Below, piece by piece: positions 38,350-51,836 of a stretch of 64,000 nt of DNA; the first letter of the stretch is position 1; each line of letters opens with the position of its first letter. The stretch covers positions 7,493 to 71,492 of the forward strand of contig NZ_DATBQK010000022.1 in NCBI RefSeq assembly GCF_036560865.1. Reading direction: 5' to 3'. Position numbers and translations under genes: made by a program. The notes under the pieces are model-generated. The model had not been told where the DNA came from, did not search any database, and worked only from the letters and a program-made list of their open reading frames with translations. The DNA comes from Rudaea sp. Lineage in GTDB: Bacteria > Pseudomonadota > Gammaproteobacteria > Xanthomonadales > Rhodanobacteraceae.

Positions 38350-40017
38350 TCAGCGTTTGAACAAGCGGCCCAGACGATGAAAGAACCCGGGCTTCTTCGA
38401 CGCGGGTCTGGCCTCGGCTTTGCTGGCCGCTGCGGCACTTGCCGCGGCGACGGCGGGCTGCGCCGATTCGGTCGGGGCGTCGCCACGCTCGATGCGTTCA
38501 CCGCGACGCCGGCCGCGACCACCGCGACGCCGGCGTTTGTCGCCTGGATTATTCAATGCGGCGTCATTCGAACGTGGTTCTTTCGCTACGGATTCATTCG
38601 CTGCCGGCGTGTTTCCCGCCGCGGCGACGATCGGCGCCACAGCAGTGGCGGCAGCGACATGCGGCCGGCGCGCACCTTCGCGCGAGGATCCTTCACGCCG
38701 CGGGCCCGACGAACCATGGCGTTGGCGCGGCGGTGGGCGGCGGGATCCGCCGGGACCACTCACTGCGGCCGCGAGCGTGGTTTCTTCCTCATCGTCCTGA
38801 TCGATGCTCGACACAAACGATGCGGGTCGATGGCGCGGCGGCGGCAGCACGAGCATCGCAGGATCGATCGTGGCGACCGGAATCTTCTGGCCGATGTAGG
38901 CCTCGATTTCCGGCAGGCTCTGCGCATACAGATCGCAAGCGAAGCTGATCGCGTCGCCGTCGGCGCCGAGGCGCGCGGTGCGGCCGATGCGATGCACGTA
39001 ATCCTCGGCATCCTGCGGCAGGTCGTAGTTGATCACATGACTGACGTCGGCAATATGCAGGCCGCGCGCGGCCACGTCGGTCGCAATCAGCACTTCGATC
39101 TCGCCGCGCTGGAACTTGCCGAGCAGGGTCTGGCGCTTTTTCTGCGGTACGTCGCCGGAGAGCATGCCGACCAGGAAACCCTGCCGCTCTAGGCGTCGCG
39201 CGACTTTTTCCGCGGCGACTTTCATGTTCACGAAAATCATGCTGCGCGTCGCGTCGATGCGCGACAGCAGGCTGACCAGCAACGGAATCTTTTCCTCGCT
39301 GGCCGGAAAATAAATGGTCTGGCGCACGCGGTCGGCGGTGATATTTTCGGTTTCGACCGTGAGCTTTTCCGCCTCGTTCATGTGCTCGTAGGCAAGTTCG
39401 AGCACGCGATGCGAGAGCGTCGCCGAGAACAACATGCACTGGCGGCGGTCGCGCTCGGGCAGGCGGCGCATCACGAAGCGCACGTCCTTGATGAAGCCCA
39501 GGTCGAACATGCGGTCGGCCTCGTCAATCACCATCACCTCGACCGCGCGGAACGAGAACACGTGCTGCTTGAAGTAGTCGAGCAGGCGACCGGGCGTGGC
39601 GATGATGATGTCGACGCCGCCGCGCAATTGATCGCGCTGCTTGTCGTAGTCGACGCCGCCGTAGATCAGCGCGGATTTCAGGCCGGTGTTGCGGCCGATG
39701 GCCTGGAAATCCTTCTCGATCTGGATCGCCAGTTCGCGCGTCGGCGCGATGATCAGCGCGCGCGGATCGGTCGCCGTGCGCTCGGGCAGGGCCGGGCGCG
39801 TGAGCAGCCGATTGAGCGTGGCGACCAGAAACGCGGCCGTTTTGCCGGTGCCGGTCTGCGCCTGGCCGGCGACGTCGCGGCCGATCAGTGCAAGCGGCAA
39901 GGTCAGCGCCTGGATCGGCGTGCAGCGGGTGAAGCCGGCCGCGTGCAGGCCGGAAAGGACGCTGGGATGCAGGTCGAAGCTTTCGAAGAAGATATCGGTG
40001 AGCGTTTGTTGTGGCAT
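38350..40017 (-). CDS. rhlB: DEAD-box ATP-dependent RNA helicase RhlB (Arg-rich C-terminal tail)
   Basis: Q motif [20 protein letters not shown] ([10 protein letters not shown]), [11 protein letters not shown]. Divergent from trxA-rho, as in E. coli. Confidence 0.85.
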   Translation of the reverse strand: MPQQTLTDIFFESFDLHPSVLSGLHAAGFTRCTPIQALTLPLALIGRDVAGQAQTGTGKTAAFLVATLNRLLTRPALPERTATDPRALIIAPTRELAIQIEKDFQAIGRNTGLKSALIYGGVDYDKQRDQLRGGVDIIIATPGRLLDYFKQHVFSFRAVEVMVIDEADRMFDLGFIKDVRFVMRRLPERDRRQCMLFSATLSHRVLELAYEHMNEAEKLTVETENITADRVRQTIYFPASEEKIPLLVSLLSRIDATRSMIFVNMKVAAEKVARRLERQGFLVGMLSGDVPQKKRQTLLGKFQRGEIEVLIATDVAARGLHIADVSHVINYDLPQDAEDYVHRIGRTARLGADGDAISFACDLYAQSLPEIEAYIGQKIPVATIDPAMLVLPPPRHRPASFVSSIDQDDEEETTLAAAVSGPGGSRRPPPRQRHGSSGPRREGSSREGARRPHVAAATAVAPIVAAAGNTPAANESVAKEPRSNDAALNNPGDKRRRRGGRGRRRGERIERGDAPTESAQPAVAAASAAAASKAEARPASKKPGFFHRLGRLFKR

Positions 40018-40319
40018 GCGTTCAAATCATTGATGGCGCGAGGACGCGCGAGTGGCGGGGGCAGGCATCTGGGCATGCTTGATCAGGCGGGCCTGCCGAT
40101 TCGGGCTTGAAACCCCTCGACGCCGACCCAAATCAGACCCCATATCCGCTTGCAATGCTGCTGCTTGAATTACATCTGCGCTTGGGCTGAAATGGGGGCG
40201 ACCCGCCGCATATCAGCACCCTTGCGCTTCGTGTAACCTTGCGAGTGTAGCCTAAGCCGGATCAATCTGCCGCTTTCGATGCGGCCACACCTAGTCAAGT
40301 CCATGCCGGAGCCAAAGCC

Positions 40320-40646
40320 GTGAGCGACACCATTACCCATATCAGCGACGATCAGTTCGACAGCGAAGTCTTGAAATCCAGCGAGCCGGTGCTCGTCGAT
40401 TTCTGGGCCGAATGGTGCGGGCCGTGCAAGATGATCGCGCCAATCCTCGACGAGCTCGCGCTGAGCTACGCCGGCAAGATCAAGATCGCCAAGGTCAACA
40501 TCGACCAGAATCAGAAGACTCCGCGCAATTACAATGTGCGCGGCATTCCGACGCTGATGATTTTCAAGGACGGCAAGGTGCAGGCGACGCAGATCGGCGC
40601 GGTCGGCAAGAAGCAGCTCGCGCAGCTGATCGACAACGCGATTTAA
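40320..40646 (+). CDS. trxA: Thioredoxin
   Basis: 108 aa, [18 protein letters not shown] active site. GTG start after GGAG. Confidence 0.95.
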   Translation: MSDTITHISDDQFDSEVLKSSEPVLVDFWAEWCGPCKMIAPILDELALSYAGKIKIAKVNIDQNQKTPRNYNVRGIPTLMIFKDGKVQATQIGAVGKKQLAQLIDNAI

Positions 40647-40775
40647 CACGCGGTTGATGCAGACTGCAGGCGGGCGTCGCGTCGACCCAACCCGTCCCAG
40701 TCTGAACGGCAGCGCCAGCATTGCTGGACGGCGCTGCCGCAAGGTGCTAATGTATACTTAAGACAGAGGGGTGTA

Positions 40776-40826
40776 CCGCCCCCGCCTGCAACACCCCATC
40801 CCCGCTCCAATCCGTATCCAGCCAAA
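40776..40826 (+). promoter_or_regulatory. C-rich, G-poor tract in the rho leader (candidate rut site for autogenous attenuation)
   Basis: ccgcccccgcctgcaacaccccatccccgctccaatccgtatccagccaaa has only 6 G in 51 nt by hand count, in a genome that is otherwise G+C balanced. Confidence 0.3.
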
Positions 40827-40848
40827 ACGGCGCCCAAGAGGTTTGCCC

Positions 40849-42390
40849 GTGTCCGAAACCGAATCCAAAGAAGACGGCGGCAACAGCCGCGACAATTCCA
40901 ATGAAGCCGCGCCGCGCGCGCCGCAAGGCGACGGCAACGTCGCCACGCCGCAAAGCGGCGGCGGTGAATCCGCTCCCCGGCAGCAGAACGACGGTCGTCC
41001 GCAACGCGACGATCGCCGCGGTCCGCGCGGGCGCAATCGTCACCGCAATCAACAGCAGAACCAGAACGGGCAGAACCGCGACAGCGAAGAAGAGTTCACC
41101 GAGATCCAGGGCCCGAACACGGGCGTGGTGATCGATCTGAACGAATTGAAGCGCAAGCCCGCGCACCTCCTGCTCGACCTTGCCGAGACGCTCGGCATCC
41201 AGGAAGGCGTTGCGCGCGCACGCAAGCAAGACATCGTGTTCCTGATCCTCAAGGCGCATGCACGCGCCGGCGGCAGCATCTTCGGCGAAGGCGTGCTGGA
41301 AATCCTGCAGGACGGCTTCGGCTTCCTGCGCACACCGGACGAGTCGTATCTGGCCGGTCCGGACGATATCTATATCTCGCCCTCGCAAATCCGCCGCTTC
41401 AACCTGCGCACCGGCGACTCGATCACCGGTCGCGTGCGGCCACCGAAGGAAGGCGAACGTTATTTCGCTCTGCTCAAGGTCGACACGATCAATGCCGAGC
41501 CGCCCGAAGCGTCGAAGAACAAGGTGCTGTTCGAAAACCTCACGCCGCTGTTCCCGCGCAAGACCTTTCGCCTCGAACGCGGCAACGGTTCGTCCGAGGA
41601 CATCACCGGACGCATTCTCGATCTGATCTCGCCGGTCGGCCGCGGCCAGCGCGGCATGATCGTCTCGCAGCCCAAAGCCGGCAAGACCATGCTGCTGCAG
41701 AACGTGGCGCAGGCGATCGTGCACAACTATCCCGACGTGCATCTGATCATCCTGCTGATCGACGAGCGTCCGGAAGAAGTCACCGAGATGCAGCGCGGCG
41801 TGCGCGCCGAAGTGGTTTCCTCCACGTTCGACGAACCGGCGCTGCGTCATGTGCAGGTCGCCGAAATGGTCATCGAGCGCGCCAAGCGCCTAGTAGAACA
41901 CAAGAAAGATGTGGTCATCCTGCTCGATTCGATCACGCGTCTCGCGCGCGCCTACAACACCGTCGTGCCGTCGTCCGGCAAGGTGCTCACCGGCGGTGTA
42001 GATGCGAATGCGTTGCAACGGCCGAAGCGCTTCTTCGGCGCCGCGCGCAATGTCGAGGAAGGCGGTTCGCTCACGATCCTCGCCACCGCGCTGGTCGAAA
42101 CCGGCTCGAAGATGGACGAGGTGATCTACGAGGAATTCAAGGGCACCGGCAACATGGAAGTGCACCTGGATCGCCGCATCTCCGAAAAACGCGTCTATCC
42201 GTCGATCAACATCAACCGCTCCGGCACTCGCCGCGAGGAGTTGTTGATCGAGCCGGACATGCTGCAGAAGATCTGGATCCTGCGCAAACTGCTGCACCCG
42301 ATGGACGAACTCGCGGCGATGGAATTCATGCTCGACAAGATGAAGAACACCAAGTCGAACGACGAGTTCTTCAATTCGATGAAGCGCTGA
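40849..42390 (+). CDS. rho: Transcription termination factor Rho with a ~93-residue low-complexity N-terminal extension
   Basis: From residue ~95 it aligns to canonical Rho ([23 protein letters not shown]..., [31 protein letters not shown]). GTG 40849 with AAGAGG 8 nt upstream gives 513 aa. Confidence 0.93.
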   Translation: MSETESKEDGGNSRDNSNEAAPRAPQGDGNVATPQSGGGESAPRQQNDGRPQRDDRRGPRGRNRHRNQQQNQNGQNRDSEEEFTEIQGPNTGVVIDLNELKRKPAHLLLDLAETLGIQEGVARARKQDIVFLILKAHARAGGSIFGEGVLEILQDGFGFLRTPDESYLAGPDDIYISPSQIRRFNLRTGDSITGRVRPPKEGERYFALLKVDTINAEPPEASKNKVLFENLTPLFPRKTFRLERGNGSSEDITGRILDLISPVGRGQRGMIVSQPKAGKTMLLQNVAQAIVHNYPDVHLIILLIDERPEEVTEMQRGVRAEVVSSTFDEPALRHVQVAEMVIERAKRLVEHKKDVVILLDSITRLARAYNTVVPSSGKVLTGGVDANALQRPKRFFGAARNVEEGGSLTILATALVETGSKMDEVIYEEFKGTGNMEVHLDRRISEKRVYPSININRSGTRREELLIEPDMLQKIWILRKLLHPMDELAAMEFMLDKMKNTKSNDEFFNSMKR

Positions 42391-42408
42391 GCGTCACTCG
42401 CTCCACAG

Positions 42409-42442
42409 AAAAGCCGGCCTTGCGCCGGCTTCTTCATTATTG
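42409..42442. terminator. Bidirectional rho-independent terminator between rho and higA
   Basis: aagccggc-cttgc-gccggctt (42411-42431), flanked by an A-run upstream and cttcattatt downstream. Confidence 0.65.
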
Positions 42443-42451
42443 AAGCAGAGA

Positions 42452-42733
42452 CTACGCCGCCTTGCGCGCGGGCGCGATACGTGGACGTGAGGCACGTTCA
42501 GCCTGCCACAGATCGTACGCCGCCTGCATGCGCAGCCAGACTCCGCCACCATTGCCCAGCCATTCGCCCAGGCGTACGGCAAGCTCGGCGGAAATCGCAG
42601 CGTGCCCATGCAACACGCGCGATAGACTCACACGCGAGATGCCGAGCGCAGCCGCAGCAGCAGTGACGCTGAACCCCAATTCGGGCAATACATCGTCACG
42701 AAGTATTTCGCCGGGGTGCGGTGGGTTGTGCAT
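42452..42733 (-). CDS. higA: HigA-family antitoxin (XRE-type HTH)
   Basis: [60 protein letters not shown]...[11 protein letters not shown] is the standard HigA pattern. ATG 42733. Confidence 0.8.
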   Translation of the reverse strand: MHNPPHPGEILRDDVLPELGFSVTAAAAALGISRVSLSRVLHGHAAISAELAVRLGEWLGNGGGVWLRMQAAYDLWQAERASRPRIAPARKAA

Positions 42734-42755
42734 TTCATCAGCGTGTCGCGCATCG

Positions 42756-42791
42756 TCAGTGGTAATCCTGATAATCAACCAAAATCGCTAT
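42756..42791 (-). pseudogene. 3'-terminal remnant (~12 codons) of a HigB/RelE-type toxin gene
   Basis: The minus strand reads ...[12 protein letters not shown]-stop, the characteristic (V/I)DYxDYH C-terminus of HigB killer proteins, 22 nt upstream of higA. Only 96 nt separate higA from the glpK stop, so the rest of higB is absent. Confidence 0.45.
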
Positions 42792-42829
42792 GCAGAACAA
42801 TTCAGATGTACGCTCCCGTCCATTTACTC

Positions 42830-45867
<3,038 letters not shown>

Positions 45868-45885
45868 GTTTCTGCCGCTGTCCCC

Positions 45886-45980
45886 GAACCGTTCGTGCCG
45901 AGCGTAGCTTGCGCAGCAAGCGAAGTCGAAGCGCACCCCTCGACTTCGGCGCCCTGCGCCCACGCTCAGGGCGAACGGTC
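45886..45980. repeat. REP-like palindromic element upstream of glpD
   Basis: Outer IR accgttcg / cgaacggt (45888-95 / 45972-79). Inner hairpin gaagtcga...tcgacttc (45922-29 / 45940-47). Contains gctcagggcgaacgg, a motif common in proteobacterial REPs. Confidence 0.6.
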
Positions 45981-45989
45981 ATTGTCCCA

Positions 45990-46291
45990 TCAGGATTTCG
46001 CGCGCGGATGAAACACCAACGGCCGCACGTCGGCTGGCGACGGCGACGACGGCACACAGGCGCCGCAACTCGAACAGCCGCCGCCGCTGCCGCAGCCGGC
46101 GCCGCTCGCGACTTGTAGCGGCGTCATGCGGTCGCCGAGCGTGCGCAGGAAAGCATTCGACGAGACGGCAAGGCGTTTGGCCAGATTGGCTTGCACGCCG
46201 CGATAACTGCGCGGGAACAGGCGTTGCGCCGCGAACCACGCGCTCCACGCGACAACGAGTGCAATCACGACGCCCTGGAAAATCGCGTAGA

Positions 46292-46295
<4 letters not shown>
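45990..46295 (-). CDS. Small membrane protein with a Cys-rich C-terminal motif, translationally coupled to feoB (FeoC position)
   Basis: The ATG overlaps the feoB stop (ATGA). N-terminal TM MIYAIFQGVVIALVVAWSAWFAA, then GAGCGSGGGCSSCGAC. Confidence 0.5.
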
Positions 46296-48115
<1,820 letters not shown>

Positions 48116-48118
48116 GCT

Positions 48119-48367
48119 TCAGCCCTGCCCGTTTGCGGCGGCGAGGCGAACGCGCGCGGCCTCGGCACGGCGCAGCGCAAAGCGCGTGTAGCCGATCTGC
48201 ACGAGCAGCGGGTCGGCGCCGAGCGGCCCGCGCGCGACTAGCCGCACCGGCTCGCCGGCAACGAAGCCCAGATCGCGCAAACGCTGTGCGATCGCGTCAT
48301 TGGGCCCGTTGTCGTCAACCTGCAGCACCACGGCGGAATCACCCTTGGCCAACTCCGAAAGCAGCAC
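48119..48367 (-). CDS. feoA: Ferrous iron transport protein FeoA
   Basis: 82-aa SH3-like FeoA (LSELAKGDSAVV...LRDLGFVAGEPVRLV), 3 nt upstream of feoB. GTG start, no clear SD. Confidence 0.8.
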   Translation of the reverse strand: MLLSELAKGDSAVVLQVDDNGPNDAIAQRLRDLGFVAGEPVRLVARGPLGADPLLVQIGYTRFALRRAEAARVRLAAANGQG

Positions 48368-48382
48368 GCTACAACCAATCTA

Positions 48383-48403
48383 AATAAGAATGGTTCGCAT
48401 TAT
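48383..48403 (-). promoter_or_regulatory. Candidate Fur box upstream of feoA
   Basis: The minus strand ATAATGCGAACCATTCTTATT matches about 13/18 positions of GATAATGATAATCATTATC by hand alignment. It lies in an AT-rich patch 16-36 nt upstream of feoA. Confidence 0.4.
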
Positions 48404-48444
48404 ACTCTAGAATCGGCAGCGGCGAAACGGGCTGGCTGCCCGGC

Positions 48445-49323
48445 TCAACCCGACTTGCGCAGAATGCACTTGGTATACGGGTTCACCATGCCGGCCACCG
48501 AGGCGTAGTCGAGCATCGCCGCGTAGCAGAAGGCGTGGTGATTGCACAGCAGATCGTTGTTGATCCTGGCCTGGGCATCGTTGGAGGTGATCCACATCGC
48601 CTTGGGCAGCGACTGGAATCCCAATCCGAGCGGCAGGCTCGGCGGAACGTGCGGCACGATGTCGAAAATGTAATTGTACACTTTGTAGAGTGGCGCATCG
48701 TGGTCGACGCGCTCGACGAACTGGCGATCGCCGGCGTGCGGCGATGCGATCAGGCACGCGTCGAGGGAAAACCGCTGTGGCGTGATCTGCGCCAGATCGC
48801 ACAGCAGATAGGTGCCCAGCGCCGAACCCAGGCTGTGTCCGATAACGGTCAACGTCGCATTCGCCGGCAGTGCCGCGCCGATGCCGGCCGCGCATGGCGC
48901 ACCGCCATCGGCCTGTGCGCGCAACAGCGTTCCGACTCCGGCCGGGCTGTAGCGCATCGACTGGTAGATCGAGAAGAAGCCCTGCTCCACATATCCCGCC
49001 AGCGGATGCGGCACGAGCAGCCCTTCGATATTTTCCAGCCATTCGATCGCCGATTCGGTGCCGCGCACGACGGCGACATACTGACTCGGTGTGGCGATCG
49101 AGTTTGCGAGGAACCCAAAATAGACCCGCTCGCCGAGCTGGATCGCCTGCGCGCTGAACAGTGCGTTCGCGGCCGTCAGATAGCCCACGATTCGCCAGGA
49201 ATCACGCGCGCGGACATCCAGCGGTGGATTCAGGGCATCGCTCTGACTGGGGTTGTACATTTCCTCCGCATACATCGCCAGCAGGGCGCGCTGCGCGGAA
49301 AGCGGATCGCTGATCGTGCCCAT
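48445..49323 (-). CDS. Class-3 lipase family (alpha/beta hydrolase) protein, no signal peptide
   Basis: VAVVRGTESAIEWLENI, nucleophile elbow VIGHSLGSALG, DIVPHVPP. Strong AAGGAGGAG SD before ATG 49323. Confidence 0.7.
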   Translation of the reverse strand: MGTISDPLSAQRALLAMYAEEMYNPSQSDALNPPLDVRARDSWRIVGYLTAANALFSAQAIQLGERVYFGFLANSIATPSQYVAVVRGTESAIEWLENIEGLLVPHPLAGYVEQGFFSIYQSMRYSPAGVGTLLRAQADGGAPCAAGIGAALPANATLTVIGHSLGSALGTYLLCDLAQITPQRFSLDACLIASPHAGDRQFVERVDHDAPLYKVYNYIFDIVPHVPPSLPLGLGFQSLPKAMWITSNDAQARINNDLLCNHHAFCYAAMLDYASVAGMVNPYTKCILRKSG

Positions 49324-49467
49324 GTCTCCTCCTTCTGCAATCAGCTGTGAAGCATGTTGCCCGGGGCCGACCAGGTGTAGTGTCTCGCATCGGCGTGGAC
49401 GAGCGGACTTGTCTGCTGCACAACCTACACCACAACGCGCACCGATATCCGGTACTGCTTCTCAGCG

Positions 49468-50715
49468 TCACTGCACCAGGGCACGCCGATGCAGGTCGGG
49501 CAGAAAAACAGTCAGCAGACCGATTACCGGCAGGAAGGCGCAGATCTGGTACACGTACTCGATGCCCTTGATGTCGGCGAGTTCGCCGAGCACGGCCGCA
49601 GCGATGCCGCCCATGCCGAAGGCGAAGCCGAAGAACAGGCCGGCGACCATGCCGACCTTGCCCGGCAGAAGGTCCTGCGCATACACCAGGATCGCGGAAA
49701 ACGCGGACGACAGGATCAGGCCGATGGCCACGCTGAGCACGCTGGTCCAGAACAGGTTGGCGTGGGGCAACAGCAGGGTGAACGGCAGCACGCCGAGGAT
49801 CGAACCCCAGATAACGAGCTTGCGCCCAAAGCGATCGCCGAGCGGGCCGCCGACGAAGGTGCCGAGCGCAACCGCGCCGAGAAAGTAGAACAAGTGGATT
49901 TGTGCGCTTTGTGTACTCAGCTGGAATTTTTCGATCAGATAGAACGTGTAGTAACTCGACAGGCTGATCAGATAGAAATACTTGGAGAAAATCAGCGCCA
50001 GCAGCACCGCGATCGCGATCGCGACCTGACGCCGCGGCAGCGTCGGGACGGGCGCAGCGGCACTCCTGATCGCTTTCGGCTTCAGCGCATGCCGCGAGTA
50101 CCAGGCGCCGACGCGCGACAACAACACGATGCCGACCAGCGCGAGCAGCGACACCCAGGCAAGACTGCCCTGCCCGTGCGGCAGGATCACGAACGCGGCG
50201 AGCAGCGGCCCAAGTGCCGAGCCGGTATTGCCACCAACCTGGAAAAACGACTGCGCGAAACCGTGGCGTCCGCCCGAAGCGAGCCGCGCGATGCGCGAAG
50301 ATTCCGGATGGAATATCGACGAGCCCGTGCCGATCAAAGCCGCGGCGAGCAGCAACATTGAAAAGGTCCCCGCCTGCGACAGCAGCAGCACACCGCACAG
50401 GGTGAAACCCATGCCGACCGGCAGCGAATACGGCAGCGGTTTGCGATCGGTGTAGGCGCCGACCAGCGGCTGCAGCAGCGAGGCGGTGATCTGATAGGTG
50501 AAGGTGAGCAGACCGATCTGGCCGAAATCCAGCGCGTAACTGCTCTTCAGCATCGGATAGATCGACGGCAGCAGCGACTGGATCAGATCGTTGAGGAAAT
50601 GCGAAAAACTTACCGCGCCGAGCACGCTCAGCACTGCGCTGCCTGCACCCGACTCCTGCGCAAGCGTGTCGCTTGCGGGTGTGTCGTCGAGCATCGCGAC
50701 CGGATTAGCATTCAT
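49468..50715 (-). CDS. MFS transporter (Fsr/fosmidomycin-resistance-like subfamily)
   Basis: 415 aa, 12 TM helices, N-terminal SHFLNDLIQSLLPSIYPML motif typical of the Fsr group. Confidence 0.75.
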   Translation of the reverse strand: MNANPVAMLDDTPASDTLAQESGAGSAVLSVLGAVSFSHFLNDLIQSLLPSIYPMLKSSYALDFGQIGLLTFTYQITASLLQPLVGAYTDRKPLPYSLPVGMGFTLCGVLLLSQAGTFSMLLLAAALIGTGSSIFHPESSRIARLASGGRHGFAQSFFQVGGNTGSALGPLLAAFVILPHGQGSLAWVSLLALVGIVLLSRVGAWYSRHALKPKAIRSAAAPVPTLPRRQVAIAIAVLLALIFSKYFYLISLSSYYTFYLIEKFQLSTQSAQIHLFYFLGAVALGTFVGGPLGDRFGRKLVIWGSILGVLPFTLLLPHANLFWTSVLSVAIGLILSSAFSAILVYAQDLLPGKVGMVAGLFFGFAFGMGGIAAAVLGELADIKGIEYVYQICAFLPVIGLLTVFLPDLHRRALVQ

Positions 50716-50918
50716 TTGGCTTCTCGTTTCTTCGATCCGTTTCCAAGGTCAACAGTATAGAATTTCGCCGCCGCCCGCAGCCGCATCCAGGTCAATGACC
50801 CACGCGGGTGGGCCATGGCAGTCCCTACACGCGGACGCGCCAGATAAAATCGACGTGCCGGCAGGGACTGCCGGAACGCCAACGTCATAGCCATGATGCT
50901 TCGCAGACTACCGACAGC

Positions 50919-51155
50919 TTGAAGACAAGTATCACCCGATACGCAACGCCAATCCCGACGACTGCGAAGCCGCGTCTGGCTGCGGGCGAATCGGTCACCG
51001 CGATCGCGCTGGATTTCCGCTATGCGAATCCGTCGGCGTTCACCCAGATGTTCAAGAGCATCACCGGCATGCCGCCGAGCGCGTACGCGACGGACAGCCT
51101 CTCAGGGTCATCCGCCGCGCGCAGTGCGATACTGGCGCCTGCGCATCACGGTTGA
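50919..51155 (+). pseudogene. Remnant of an AraC/XylS-family regulator (only the second HTH region remains)
   Basis: The frame of ORF 50808..51155 reads ...RLAAGESVTAIALDFRYANPSAFTQMFKSITGMPPSAY, the C-terminal AraC HTH signature. No ligand/dimerisation domain or first HTH lies upstream, and an ATGATG...TGA mini-ORF sits at 50893. Confidence 0.45.
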
Positions 51156-51162
51156 ATCATCC

Positions 51163-51825
51163 ATGCGAATTCTCGTAGTTGAAGACGATGCCCTGGTGGC
51201 CGATGCGATGCATCGCGGCCTGACCCAGAGCGGGTTCGCGGTCGATCGCGTGGCCAATGCCGAGTTCGCCGAAGTCGCGATGCAGCAAGAGCATTTCGAT
51301 CTGCTGCTGGTCGATCTGGGATTGCCCGGCATGGACGGCTTCGAATTCGTGCGCCGCGTGCGCCGCGTGGGCAACAGCCTACCTGTGCTGATCGTGACTG
51401 CGCGCGACGGTCTCGCCGATCGCGTCAACGCGCTCGACATCGGCGGCGACGACTATCTGGTGAAACCGTTTGCCGTGCCCGAACTCGCCGCGCGCTGTCG
51501 CGCGCTGATCCGGCGCAGCAAGGCCGCGGGCAATCCGCTGCTGACGATCGGCGAACTGCATCTGGACCTGACCCGGCGCGAGGCGCGCGTGAACGAACAT
51601 TTGGCCGATCTAACCCCGCGCGAATGGGCGGTGCTCGAGTGCCTTGCCCTGCACGCCGGCCAGGTCGTGCGCAAGGAACGCCTGCAACACGCGGTGGCCA
51701 GCTGGAGCGACGATATCACCACCAATGCGGTCGAAGTATACATTTCGCGGCTGCGCGGCAAACTCGGCGAGAGCGTCTCGATCCGCACCGTGCGCGGGCT
51801 CGGCTACCGGCTCGACGAGTCCTGA
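51163..51825 (+). CDS. OmpR/PhoB-family response regulator
   Basis: MRILVVEDDALVADAM, LLLVDLGLPGMDG, winged-helix C-terminus TVRGLGYRL. Confidence 0.9.
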   Translation: MRILVVEDDALVADAMHRGLTQSGFAVDRVANAEFAEVAMQQEHFDLLLVDLGLPGMDGFEFVRRVRRVGNSLPVLIVTARDGLADRVNALDIGGDDYLVKPFAVPELAARCRALIRRSKAAGNPLLTIGELHLDLTRREARVNEHLADLTPREWAVLECLALHAGQVVRKERLQHAVASWSDDITTNAVEVYISRLRGKLGESVSIRTVRGLGYRLDES

Positions 51826-51836
51826 AAGCGCGCGCC

